Below are positions 1 through 8,966 of a stretch of DNA of 64,000 nt, piece by piece. How positions within the stretch are numbered: the first letter of the stretch is position 1; the number at the start of each line of letters is the position of its first letter. The stretch comes from Gemmatimonadales bacterium (GTDB taxonomy: Bacteria; Gemmatimonadota; Gemmatimonadetes; Gemmatimonadales; GWC2-71-9), in NCBI GenBank assembly GCA_965249575.1, contig OZ252244.1, forward strand, positions 3,520,001 to 3,584,000, read 5' to 3'. A program made the translations under genes and the position numbers. The notes beneath the pieces were generated by a model. The model saw only the letters and a program-made list of their open reading frames with translations, was not told the origin of the DNA and ran no database searches.

Positions 1-1409
1 GGCGGGTCTGGCGGCGAAAGGGTAGCCAGCGAATCGAGGGGTACGAGCGGTTTGGCCGGTGGGCGGGGTGACGGCCACTCGAGCGTGTCGATCGCGCGGC
101 CCGACCGGCGAGCCAGGCGCTCGAGGACCGATGTCGCGCACATACGTCCCTGGCACGGTCCCATTCCCGCGCGAGTCCAAGCCTTGATATGGTTCACGTC
201 TTCAGCGCCGTCGTCGATCGCCCCGTCTATCTCTCCCAACGAGACCTCTTCGCAGCGGCAGACGATCGTACCCGACTTGGCCAACGATACGAGGCCAGGT
301 TTGAGCCTGTACGCCCGGTCGAGCCCCCGTCGGAAACGCTCCAGGCCCCGCAGATGGGCGAGGTGCGGCTCGAGACGTCGTGCGTAATGCTCCGGCGCGA
401 GGTAGCCCAGCTGCCGTGCTGCCGTAAGGCCGGCGATGCGACCCTCGGCGGCGGCGGCGACCGCCCCGGAAATCCCGGCACAGTCGCCCGCGATGAAGAT
501 CCCTGGGACGCCAGACTCCATGGTTTCCGTTCGAACGGGCACCCAGCTCCTGACCTCCGACGCGAATCGGAGGGGACAGCCGCAGATGGCGGCCAGTTCG
601 ACCGACGGGAGCAATCCGTAACCGAGGCACACGACATCGACGTCAAACGCCTGCTCAGTTCCAGGGATGATCTCCCAATCCCGATCTGCCCGGGCGACGA
701 TCGCCCGCTCGACGCGGTCAGTCCCTTCGATTCCAACGATGAGGCTCCCGGCGATCCACGGGACTCCCCGTTTCGCCAGTGACCAGCGATAGCCAAGTCC
801 TTGGCGAGTGAGCCGCCATTGGCTAATGAGCGCCGGCAGGTAGGGGATCACCCGGAAGCGCGACACGGGTTCCGAGACGGCGACGACCTCGGCGCCTGCG
901 TCCGCAAGCTGGCTGGCGACGATCAGCAGCAGCGGGCCGAGACCTCCGAGCAGGACTCGCCGGCCGGCGAGAATGCGCTGGCTCTTGAGCAGACCCTGCG
1001 CGCCGCCCACGGTGAACACACCTGGGAGGGTCCACCCGGGCATCGGAACGGGGCGGTCGTATGCACCGGTTGCGATCACGAGCCTCTTGGCTCGGATCCG
1101 TTCGGGTTTTCCGTGGGCCACTACTTCGATGACACCTGGCTCGAACTGTCCCCAGGCGGTCGACCCGATCTCGAAGCGCACGCCAGCGTCGGTCGCTTCC
1201 GCGACGAGCTCCCGGCCACGGTGGAACTCCGGCGTATGCCGGGCACCGGACGCGTAGGAGAAGCGATCGGGCGTCTGCCGGTAGATCTGACCGCCCGGGA
1301 GGGGGTTCTCGTCGAGGATCAGCACGTTGACGCCGGCGCGTGCAGCCTCCGTTCCGGCACAGAGCCCGCCGGGACCGGCACCGACTACCAACAGCTCGAC
1401 CTCGGTCAC
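1..1409 (-). CDS. NAD(P)/FAD-dependent oxidoreductase, HcnB/OoxA-like, with C-terminal BFD-like [2Fe-2S] domain; runs off the window edge
   Basis: Not in the ORF track; translated by hand from GTG at 1409, which overlaps the upstream stop (GTGA). Begins MTEVELLVVGAGPGG (Rossmann motif), contains ATGAYDRPVPMPGWTLPGV, IAGDCAG, VCRCEEV and TRAGMGPCQGRMC. Confidence 0.85.
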   Translation of the reverse strand, partial: MTEVELLVVGAGPGGLCAGTEAARAGVNVLILDENPLPGGQIYRQTPDRFSYASGARHTPEFHRGRELVAEATDAGVRFEIGSTAWGQFEPGVIEVVAHGKPERIRAKRLVIATGAYDRPVPMPGWTLPGVFTVGGAQGLLKSQRILAGRRVLLGGLGPLLLIVASQLADAGAEVVAVSEPVSRFRVIPYLPALISQWRLTRQGLGYRWSLAKRGVPWIAGSLIVGIEGTDRVERAIVARADRDWEIIPGTEQAFDVDVVCLGYGLLPSVELAAICGCPLRFASEVRSWVPVRTETMESGVPGIFIAGDCAGISGAVAAAAEGRIAGLTAARQLGYLAPEHYARRLEPHLAHLRGLERFRRGLDRAYRLKPGLVSLAKSGTIVCRCEEVSLGEIDGAIDDGAEDVNHIKAWTRAGMGPCQGRMCATSVLERLARRSGRAIDTLEWPSPRPPAKPLVPLDSLATLSPPDP

Positions 1410-1708
1410 CGGTCCCCTGCGATCGTGGACCGCACGGTCATACCCTCGACGACGGGCGTCATGCAGGCCCGTATCCCAGGTGCGTCGTCGATCGCGACCA
1501 CGCAGTCGAAACACGTCCCCATGACGCAAAACAGGCCGCGCGGCTCGGCCCGACGAGGCGACCGGCGGAGCGTTCGTTTCCCAACGGCCAAGAGCGCGGA
1601 GGCGACCGTCTCGCCCTCGTACGCGTCTATCGCTTCGCCGTCAAACGTGAAACGCACCGGGTGGCCGCGCACGACGTCGGAGAGTCGGGGAGTCCAATCT
1701 GTTGGCAT
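1406..1708 (-). CDS. (2Fe-2S)-binding protein, HcnA-like / sarcosine oxidase alpha N-terminal-like
   Basis: GETVASALLA, RGLFCVMGTCFDC and RACMTPVVEGM motifs; coupled to the downstream oxidoreductase. Confidence 0.88.
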   Translation of the reverse strand: MPTDWTPRLSDVVRGHPVRFTFDGEAIDAYEGETVASALLAVGKRTLRRSPRRAEPRGLFCVMGTCFDCVVAIDDAPGIRACMTPVVEGMTVRSTIAGDR

Positions 1709-1711
1709 GGA

Positions 1712-2827
1712 TTACGCGTAGCGCTCGAGTAACTCGAGATTGAGCTCGACTCCCAGCCCGGGCCGGTCAGAAGGACCCACGGTGCCGTTTGCGAGTGGCG
1801 GCACCCCCGCGACGAGATCACGGCGCAACGGCGAATCGCCCATCGGATACTCCACGAGGTCACCGCCGCTCGCCGCCATCCAGTGAATCGCGGCGGTGGT
1901 GTTGATGCCGCTGGCGAAGCAATGCGGGACGCAGCGGCGTCCCCGTTCGCGCGCCATCGCGCTCAGCCGCATGCCGGTCCGTAGGCCGCAGCGCCCCAAA
2001 TCGGGCTGGATGACGGAGAGGCCCGCGTCGAGGTACTCCTCGAACTGTGTGGCCGTTTCTTCGGTTTCCGCGCCCGCGATGGGGACTTGGGAGGTGGCGC
2101 ATAGCTCGCGGTAGCCGGTCAGGTCGTCCGGATGCAGCGGCTCTTCGATCCATCCCAGGCCGGCATCGGCGAGTGCGGCGCACTCCTCGGCCGCGCGTTC
2201 GCTGCTCCACTTGCGGCCGACGTCGACCATCAACTCCGGTGAGTCTCCTAGAGACTGCCTCACCGCCTTCAGGGTTTGCACGTCTTCGGAAATGTCCCCG
2301 AGGCCGAATGGCCCGAATCCGAACTTGAGTGCCGAGAACCCTTGCTCCAGAAGTCGTTGTGCGTTTGCCAACGTCGTGTCGAGGGTGTCGCCCCAGAGAA
2401 CGCTGGCATACGCACGGATTCGCGGTTGCGGGGCCGGTACCTCGGTTCTGCCGAGGAGCCGGTAGACCGGTGTGCCCTCGGCTTTTCCTTTGAGGTCCCA
2501 GAGCGCCATCTCGATTCCGCTCATCGCGTGAATCGCTACCCCTCGGCGCCCGTACCACGCTGTCGCGTCATACATGTGCTTCCAGACCGCGTCGATGTCC
2601 GTCGCGTCCATGCCCAGCACCGCCTCTCGCAGCCCGTGACGTCCGCCGCCGGAGCGCGGCGCCTCGATGATTCCTTTTGCGACGTACGATGAGGAGACTA
2701 CCTCGCCCAGCCCGGTTTCGCCGGAGTCTGTCGTGACTTGAACGACGAGGACGTCCTGCGTTCCGTCGAAGACATTGGCCACTTGGGGGAGGCGGAGTTG
2801 GGTGGCTGTTACGTGCTCGATCTTCAC
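1712..2827 (-). CDS. Mandelate racemase/muconate lactonizing enzyme family protein (enolase superfamily)
   Basis: SGIEMALWDLKGK, metal ligands in MVD / WIEEP / AGAE, QPDLGRCG, VPH, PGLGVEL. Start moved from 2905 to GTG 2827 (MKIEHV). Confidence 0.88.
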   Translation of the reverse strand: MKIEHVTATQLRLPQVANVFDGTQDVLVVQVTTDSGETGLGEVVSSSYVAKGIIEAPRSGGGRHGLREAVLGMDATDIDAVWKHMYDATAWYGRRGVAIHAMSGIEMALWDLKGKAEGTPVYRLLGRTEVPAPQPRIRAYASVLWGDTLDTTLANAQRLLEQGFSALKFGFGPFGLGDISEDVQTLKAVRQSLGDSPELMVDVGRKWSSERAAEECAALADAGLGWIEEPLHPDDLTGYRELCATSQVPIAGAETEETATQFEEYLDAGLSVIQPDLGRCGLRTGMRLSAMARERGRRCVPHCFASGINTTAAIHWMAASGGDLVEYPMGDSPLRRDLVAGVPPLANGTVGPSDRPGLGVELNLELLERYA

Positions 2828-3295
2828 TCGGTGCTGTTCCCGGGGATGGGTAGTGGACGGGTAGTGGACTGAGACCGATGTCGGGCGGAATCGCAACATG
2901 TGCATAGCTCCGCGCCGGAATGAAAGTCTACGCGAACCGCTCGCTGACTGTCCAGGGGGCGGCGCGGCTCGCAGCAGGTTCGCGCCGGCCCCCGGAGCCG
3001 GGGGAGACCGCTAGCCCCAATCGGTATACCTGGGTATTGTTCCGGCTGCCTTTTTGGGGAACGCTAGGAATTCGGGACTCCACGCCGGTTGTGCACAGGG
3101 ATTTTCGGAGCGGGAGACCTGGTGGTGGCCGATCAGGACTACTGTATTGCGAGGGTGAATGCGACGTCGCGGGGACGGCCTTCTTCCCTCCGCGCAGCGT
3201 ACAAGATCGTGACAATTCTGTCACATGAACGAGGGACTGCCTGCTAATGATACGGAATACCCTCAACACGGTTTGTTCGGGTTGGATGGAACGCT

Positions 3296-6200
3296 ATGCG
3301 TGATACGGCCAAGACCAAAAAGCAGCTCATCGCTGAATTGGGCGAGCTGAAGGGCCGGCTCGCCACGCTGCAGCAGGAGTTCGCGGGGCGAAGTGACGCC
3401 GAGCCGTCCGATGCCAGCGAGTCCCGCTTTCGACGCCTCGTCGACTACGGCCTCGGCCTTATCTACACCCATTCGCTCGACGGCACATTGCTGTCCATCA
3501 ACCCGGTGGCGGCGGCGGCACTCGGCTACGCCCCGTCGGAGCTTGCGGGAACTCGGGTCAGTGAATCTGTCACCCCGGCCGATCGACACGGATTCGAAGA
3601 ATACCTAGAGCGCATTCAGGACGATCGCGTCGATCAAGGGGTGCTGCGCTTCGTTACGAAGCGGGGGGACGAGGTCCACTGGCAGTATCGCAGTGTCGTC
3701 ATACGGGAATCCGATACTGTATCGTACGTCCTGGTTCATGCGCAGGACGTCAGTGATCTCGCACGGATCCGAACGGAACTTGAGGTAGCGCAGCGGGAGT
3801 TGACGAATCAGGTGGCGCAGCAGACCGCCGAGCTGTCGGAGGCCAACGCGCTCCTCAAGAAGGAGATCGGCGAGCGGGTTCGGACGGAGCAGTCCTTGCG
3901 GCAGAGCCGGACTCGGCTTGAGTTGGTAAACGCCATCGGGCTCGGTATCAGCTCTGGCATGTCGTTCGAGGGGGTCGTCCAGCAAACCGTCACACAGCTG
4001 GTCGAGGCGTTTCCGCGCGCCCGGTCGTGCTACGCCTCCTTGGGGGGCGATGCCGAGGAGGCGATTGTGAGCACGGCTGCCCCGACGGGAAAGAGTTCTC
4101 GGGCCGCAGTACCGGATTGGCTGTTGGATCTCTTCGTTTGCCTCGCGGACGGGGGGGCAATCATTATCGAAAATACTGCGGCGGACTCACGACTGGCGGA
4201 CCGGGCGCAGTCGCTGGCCCAGGAAAGTGTCTCCGCTGCTCTCGCTCTACCGGTCAAGCTCTTTGACCGGTTGACGGGTTTCTTGTGGCTGGAGACGCCG
4301 GATCCCCGCAAGTGGTCGGAGCACGAAATCGTGACCCTCACGGAGGTCTCGCAACGCCTGTCGTTGGCGCTCGTCAACGCGCGCGGTGAAGGCGAGCGGC
4401 GGCGGGCCGAGAAGGCATTAGTTCGGAGTGAGGCTCGATTCCGACGACTCGTGGAAACGATCCCCCACGGAATCGAGGAGGTCGATCTGGAAGGCAACAT
4501 TCTGATCGACAATCCTGCTCTCGCCAGGATGCTCGGCTATGAGGACGGAGGGCTCACGGGAAAGACCATCTGGGATCTCATGGTCGATGATGAAACGCGG
4601 GCCGCGATTCGTGCGTATCTCCAGATGCTCGTAAGGGAGCAACCGGAGCCGACTCCGTGGGTAGGCAAGAACAAGAGGCGCGACGGCGAGCTGATCGACG
4701 TGGAGGTCAACTGGGACTACCAGCGCGACGAGCACGGGCATGTCACAGGATTCATTTCCGTCATTACGGATGTGACGGAGCGCCTCAATGCTGAGCGAAA
4801 GCTACAGGAGAGCGAGGCGCGGTTCAGGAAGGTTTTCGAGGAAGGGCCCCTCGGCATTTCTCTTGTGGATCCTAGCTTCAGATTTATCAGCGCGAACGCC
4901 AAAATGTGTCAAATGCTAGGGTACTCGTGGGAGGAGCTCGCCGCCCTCACGTTTCCGGACATCACTCATCCGGATGACATCGACCTGAATCTCGAGCTTG
5001 CTCGCAAGTTCCTGTCCGGGCAGATCCCGTTCTACCGGATCGAGAAGCGGTACATCCGAAAAGACGGCTCACCTCTGTGGGTCTCCCTAACGGCGTCGAT
5101 CATACGGGACGATGACGGGAGTCTGCTGTACGGGATCGCGATGGTCGAGGACATAGCCGAGCGCAAGCACCTGGACGAACGGCTGCGCCAGTCGCAAAAG
5201 ATGGAGGCGCTCGGTCAGCTAGCGGGAGGCATCGCGCATGATTTCAACAACCTCCTCGTGGGTGTGCTGGGCAATGCGGGGCTGGCAAAGATGGTGCTGG
5301 ACGCCCACGCTCCCGCGCGTCAGATCATTACGAACATCGAAGAGTCCGCCCTGCGGGCTGCGGAATTGACGAACCAGATGCTCGCATTCTCCGGCAAGGC
5401 CAGAGTGGAGCGGGATCACCTGAGTCTCAACGATCTCGTACGGCGGCTGGAACACCTGCTCGAGTCCGGGATTACGCGGAACGCGCTTCTCGCGTCCGAC
5501 CTTGCCTTGGAGCTTCCGGCAGTCGAGGGGGATGCCGGACTCCTCCGGCAGGCGCTCATGTGCCTCGTCGCGAACGCGTCGGAAGCCCTGGGAGACGCAA
5601 GCGGGGTCATTACTGTATCCACTCGTATTGTCCAAGCCGATAAGGAACTGCTTGGGTCGACCGTCGGGAGTGAGCCGCTCCCGGAGGGCGCTTATGTCTG
5701 TCTTGGAGTGTCGGACACCGGACGGGGGATGGAACCCGCTACGCAGGCAAAGATGTTCGATCCGTTCTTCACGACCAAGCTCATGGGCCGGGGTCTGGGC
5801 CTTGCAACGGTGCTCGGTATTGCACGGGCGCATCGTGTCGCGATTCGTGTTCGAAGCGAGATCGACCGCGGCACGGTGATCGAAATGCTGTTTCCTCCCG
5901 TGCTGGCGGGCAAGGCAAGTATTGGCGCGGCGGGTCCGTCAAGGGCGTGGAGGGGAAGAGGGACGATACTGATCGTCGACGATGAGGAGAGCGTCCGGGA
6001 GGTTGCGAGGCGCACTCTGGAGGCGGTTGGCTTCGAGGTTATGACCGGCTCGAGTGACGTGGAGGGGGTCGGGCTGCTCCGGGCGAACACTGACAAGGTC
6101 GTCGCCGTCCTGCTGGGCCGGACGAAGCCGGACGTTCAGAGCAAGGACGCGGTCCGGGCGCTCAATGCCGTGAACCCCGAAGTGCCAATCATCCTGACAA

Positions 6201-6340
6201 CGGGACGTTCGGAGCAGGAAAGCCCGAGACCAATTCGTGGGCATGGGACTCGCGGGTTTCGTGCGGAGGCCCTTCCTACCCGACACATTGATCGGCAAGG
6301 TTCGAGACGTTCTGGGACACTGGGTCGTAGCACTCCATGA
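3296..6340 (+). CDS. Hybrid sensor histidine kinase (PAS-GAF-PAS-PAS-HisKA-HATPase-REC); C-terminus apparently frameshifted
   Basis: H-box AGGIAHDFNNLL, VSDTGRGM, FDPFFTTK, GRGLGLA; receiver begins ILIVDDEESVR; the end of the receiver is read in another frame after ~6220. Confidence 0.9.
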   Translation: MRDTAKTKKQLIAELGELKGRLATLQQEFAGRSDAEPSDASESRFRRLVDYGLGLIYTHSLDGTLLSINPVAAAALGYAPSELAGTRVSESVTPADRHGFEEYLERIQDDRVDQGVLRFVTKRGDEVHWQYRSVVIRESDTVSYVLVHAQDVSDLARIRTELEVAQRELTNQVAQQTAELSEANALLKKEIGERVRTEQSLRQSRTRLELVNAIGLGISSGMSFEGVVQQTVTQLVEAFPRARSCYASLGGDAEEAIVSTAAPTGKSSRAAVPDWLLDLFVCLADGGAIIIENTAADSRLADRAQSLAQESVSAALALPVKLFDRLTGFLWLETPDPRKWSEHEIVTLTEVSQRLSLALVNARGEGERRRAEKALVRSEARFRRLVETIPHGIEEVDLEGNILIDNPALARMLGYEDGGLTGKTIWDLMVDDETRAAIRAYLQMLVREQPEPTPWVGKNKRRDGELIDVEVNWDYQRDEHGHVTGFISVITDVTERLNAERKLQESEARFRKVFEEGPLGISLVDPSFRFISANAKMCQMLGYSWEELAALTFPDITHPDDIDLNLELARKFLSGQIPFYRIEKRYIRKDGSPLWVSLTASIIRDDDGSLLYGIAMVEDIAERKHLDERLRQSQKMEALGQLAGGIAHDFNNLLVGVLGNAGLAKMVLDAHAPARQIITNIEESALRAAELTNQMLAFSGKARVERDHLSLNDLVRRLEHLLESGITRNALLASDLALELPAVEGDAGLLRQALMCLVANASEALGDASGVITVSTRIVQADKELLGSTVGSEPLPEGAYVCLGVSDTGRGMEPATQAKMFDPFFTTKLMGRGLGLATVLGIARAHRVAIRVRSEIDRGTVIEMLFPPVLAGKASIGAAGPSRAWRGRGTILIVDDEESVREVARRTLEAVGFEVMTGSSDVEGVGLLRANTDKVVAVLLGRTKPDVQSKDAVRALNAVNPEVPIILTTGRSEQESPRPIRGHGTRGFRAEALPTRHIDRQGSRRSGTLGRSTP

Positions 6341-7259
6341 CGACCTCCGATGTGGAGCTGCTGGTCGCCAAGCTTCCTTCCACACGCCACACATGCGCAC
6401 CATCAGGTCTCCCGCGCACCACGATAGCCACTCTGGTCCTCCCCGTCGGTCTGTAGGAAGGGTCGCTTGGTCCGGGGCCGTTGGTTGGCTGACCGTGCCT
6501 GGCTGCGCCAAGGGGCGAGTTAATCCCTGCGCAGCGGGACGCGAAATCGAGCGGTCGAACGGATTCTCGTAGTTGAGTCCCAGCGTTCGATATGCCGCTG
6601 CCCGGAATACCGATGTCAGCCAATGATAGGTCTCCCGTGAACGGGGGCTCGAGGCCGGTCTTCGGGAGGGCGAGCGTCAGGGTCCACGTCGCCCGGATGT
6701 GCTCGCCGTAAGCCTGCCCCGTGGTAGAGTCGACTCCGGAGGGAACGTCGAGCGAGAGGACGGGTGCACTTGACTCGTTTGCCCAACGGAGCATGCGAGC
6801 CGCCTGTCCCCGTGGGGCCCCGCTAAGCGAGTATCCGATCACGGCATCGATGATGAGGTCCCGAGGCATGGTGCGGAGGTCCCCGGGTCCGGCCTCAGTG
6901 CCTCCGGCAGCCTGAAACACCTTCCGCTGGAAGCGCGGTACCTCACTTAGCGAATCCGGGGCCAACAACACGAGCGTAACGTGGGCACGTCGGTTGGCTA
7001 AGTGGCGCGCCGCGCAGATGCCCCCTCCTCCGTTTCCGCCCGTGCCGGAGAGCACGACGATGCGGGCACGTTCCCACCCGCTTCCGAGCACGTCTATGGC
7101 GTGTCTGGCCAAATTGCGTCCGGCGTTTTCCATCATCTGAAAGAGATTTGGCCCCGTCTCCTCGATCGCTATGCGATCGACTTCTCGCATCTGGTCGGTC
7201 GTGACTGCCGGGACTGCGATTCCGCGGTCCGTGACGAAGCCCGTGGGATCAGGAGTCAT
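6276..7259 (-). CDS. nnrE: NAD(P)H-hydrate epimerase (stand-alone YjeF_N); 3' end probably frameshifted, true stop likely near 6520
   Basis: QMREVDRIAIE, MMENAGRNLA, GTGGNGGGG, IIDAVIGYSL, LSLDVPSG, TLTLALPKTGL, LADIGIP. Confidence 0.82.
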   Translation of the reverse strand: MTPDPTGFVTDRGIAVPAVTTDQMREVDRIAIEETGPNLFQMMENAGRNLARHAIDVLGSGWERARIVVLSGTGGNGGGGICAARHLANRRAHVTLVLLAPDSLSEVPRFQRKVFQAAGGTEAGPGDLRTMPRDLIIDAVIGYSLSGAPRGQAARMLRWANESSAPVLSLDVPSGVDSTTGQAYGEHIRATWTLTLALPKTGLEPPFTGDLSLADIGIPGSGISNAGTQLRESVRPLDFASRCAGINSPLGAARHGQPTNGPGPSDPSYRPTGRTRVAIVVRGRPDGAHVWRVEGSLATSSSTSEVVMECYDPVSQNVSNLADQCVG

Positions 7260-7345
7260 TTGCCGTCTCCGCGCCCCGGCGTGGCAGCCTCCGCACAGCC
7301 GGCCATCCGTCGATCGCTTGCGCGTCGCCCCAGACGTCGGTCATC

Positions 7346-8509
7346 TCAACCAGCAAGAGCCGCGATGCGGTCGACAGCTTCGACCAAACGAGGGACAGGC
7401 GCGGCTAGTGCGATCCGGATGTAACCCTCGCCGCCCTGTCCAAATGCCGTTCCACTCCACACCGACACGCCCTCCTCGAGCAGGCGCATGGTGAAGCCAT
7501 CGGACGACTCCCCCGCGGGGGTCGATAGCCAGCAGAACGGACTGGCATCCGACTCGTGAAAGGCGAGGCGGTTGCGCTTCAAGGCATCGACCGCGGCGCG
7601 GTGACGACCTGCCAGGTCGCCCGCCACGGCGGCCGCCAGCGACTCACCATCCCGTAGGACGGACACCGCCGCCCGCTGGACGCCGAGCAGGGGTCCGGTG
7701 TCGATGTAGGTCTTGAGGTTGGCCATCGCCTCGATGATTTCCGCATTGCCAGCCACCCAGCCAAGCCGCCATCCGGCCATCGCGAAGGATTTTGACATAG
7801 AGTGGAACTCGACCGCCACGTCTCGGGCGCCGGGGACCTGGAGCACACTCGGGGCGCGATAGCCGTCAAAGACGATCTCGTTGTAGGCTGCATCCATGGC
7901 CAGGACGATCCCATGGCGACGGCACGTCTCGACCGTGCGCTCGAGGTAGTCGATTGGCGCGGTCGATCCCGTTGGGTTGTTCGGATAGTTCAGGTACACC
8001 AATCGCGCTCGCTCGAGGTCACGCTGAGGGATCTCGTCGAGTTGGAGCAGAAAGCCGTCCTCCGGTCGGAGTCGGGCGTAGTACGGCTCGGCGGAAGCTG
8101 ATACCAATCCTCCCCGGTATACCAAGAACGACGGGTCCGGCAGGATGATGCTGTCCCCGGGATCGGCCACGACCGGTGCGAGGTGGGCGATGCCCTCCAT
8201 CGCGCCGACGAGCGGCAAGATTTCTCTATGGGGATCCAGCGATACGCCAAGCCGGCGCTCCATGAAGTCTGCCGCGGCCTCCCTGAACGGCCCATAACCG
8301 ACCTGGTACCCGTAACGGCTCATCGCCGGGTCAATCATTGCCTCCGCGAGGCTGTCGATTGCGATCTGTGGAGGGGGAAAGACAGGGTCGCCGAGACTCA
8401 AGTCGATGAGATCTCGGCCTTCCTCGAGCAGCCGGCGCTTGGCCGCCAGCACGGCGGTCACCGGCGAATGCCTCACTTGCTCGACACGCGTGGATAGCAA
8501 GCGGCTCAT
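7346..8509 (-). CDS. PLP-dependent aminotransferase class I/II (LL-DAP aminotransferase-like)
   Basis: LNYPNNPTG, DAAYNE, EFHSMSKSFAMAGWRLG (PLP lysine), GEGYIRIAL. Confidence 0.88.
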   Translation of the reverse strand: MSRLLSTRVEQVRHSPVTAVLAAKRRLLEEGRDLIDLSLGDPVFPPPQIAIDSLAEAMIDPAMSRYGYQVGYGPFREAAADFMERRLGVSLDPHREILPLVGAMEGIAHLAPVVADPGDSIILPDPSFLVYRGGLVSASAEPYYARLRPEDGFLLQLDEIPQRDLERARLVYLNYPNNPTGSTAPIDYLERTVETCRRHGIVLAMDAAYNEIVFDGYRAPSVLQVPGARDVAVEFHSMSKSFAMAGWRLGWVAGNAEIIEAMANLKTYIDTGPLLGVQRAAVSVLRDGESLAAAVAGDLAGRHRAAVDALKRNRLAFHESDASPFCWLSTPAGESSDGFTMRLLEEGVSVWSGTAFGQGGEGYIRIALAAPVPRLVEAVDRIAALAG

Positions 8510-8519
8510 GAGAGGATGG

Positions 8520-8861
8520 CTAACGCTGCCCGAGTTTGGCCCGTTCGCGCGTCAGTTCTTCTTGAAGAAACCCTTCGACGGGTTCCGGTACCATCTGACG
8601 CCACCGCCGAATCACTACTGTCTCGAAGAGGCCGCCCCGCTTGTACGGCTCGGACTCGATGAACGCTTCGGCGTCGGCCCGGCTCCCGAGATCAAGGACG
8701 AAGATGCTCCCGATCGAGGTGGCTCCGAGGTCGTCCTGGAGCGGTCCGCCGAACATGGTCCGATCCTTTACGCCCATCATATACGCGAGGTGTTCGGCGC
8801 GCAGCGATGAGCGCAACACCGCTGACCCTGGCTTGTCGATACAGATAAAACTGAAGAGCAT
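8520..8861 (-). CDS. YciI family protein
   Basis: DKPG..LR...RAEHLAYM, GGPL, GSIFVLD, EPYKRGGLF pattern typical of YciI. Confidence 0.8.
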   Translation of the reverse strand: MLFSFICIDKPGSAVLRSSLRAEHLAYMMGVKDRTMFGGPLQDDLGATSIGSIFVLDLGSRADAEAFIESEPYKRGGLFETVVIRRWRQMVPEPVEGFLQEELTRERAKLGQR

Positions 8862-8966
8862 GACGTATCCCTATCGAATGACCGATTGGCGCTGCCTCTT
8901 GACAACCGCTACCACCTGCCCGACGATGCGAGCGGTCGCCCGGTTGCGCGACCCGGCGGAAACTCG

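Noticed and set aside
801..1721. 306-aa + strand ORF and other ORFs in 52-1400
   Set aside because: Antisense shadows of the minus-strand oxidoreductase, which the track missed because it runs off the edge.
3209..3225. CRP/FNR box
   Set aside because: The spacer between GTGA and TCAC is 8 nt, not the canonical 6.
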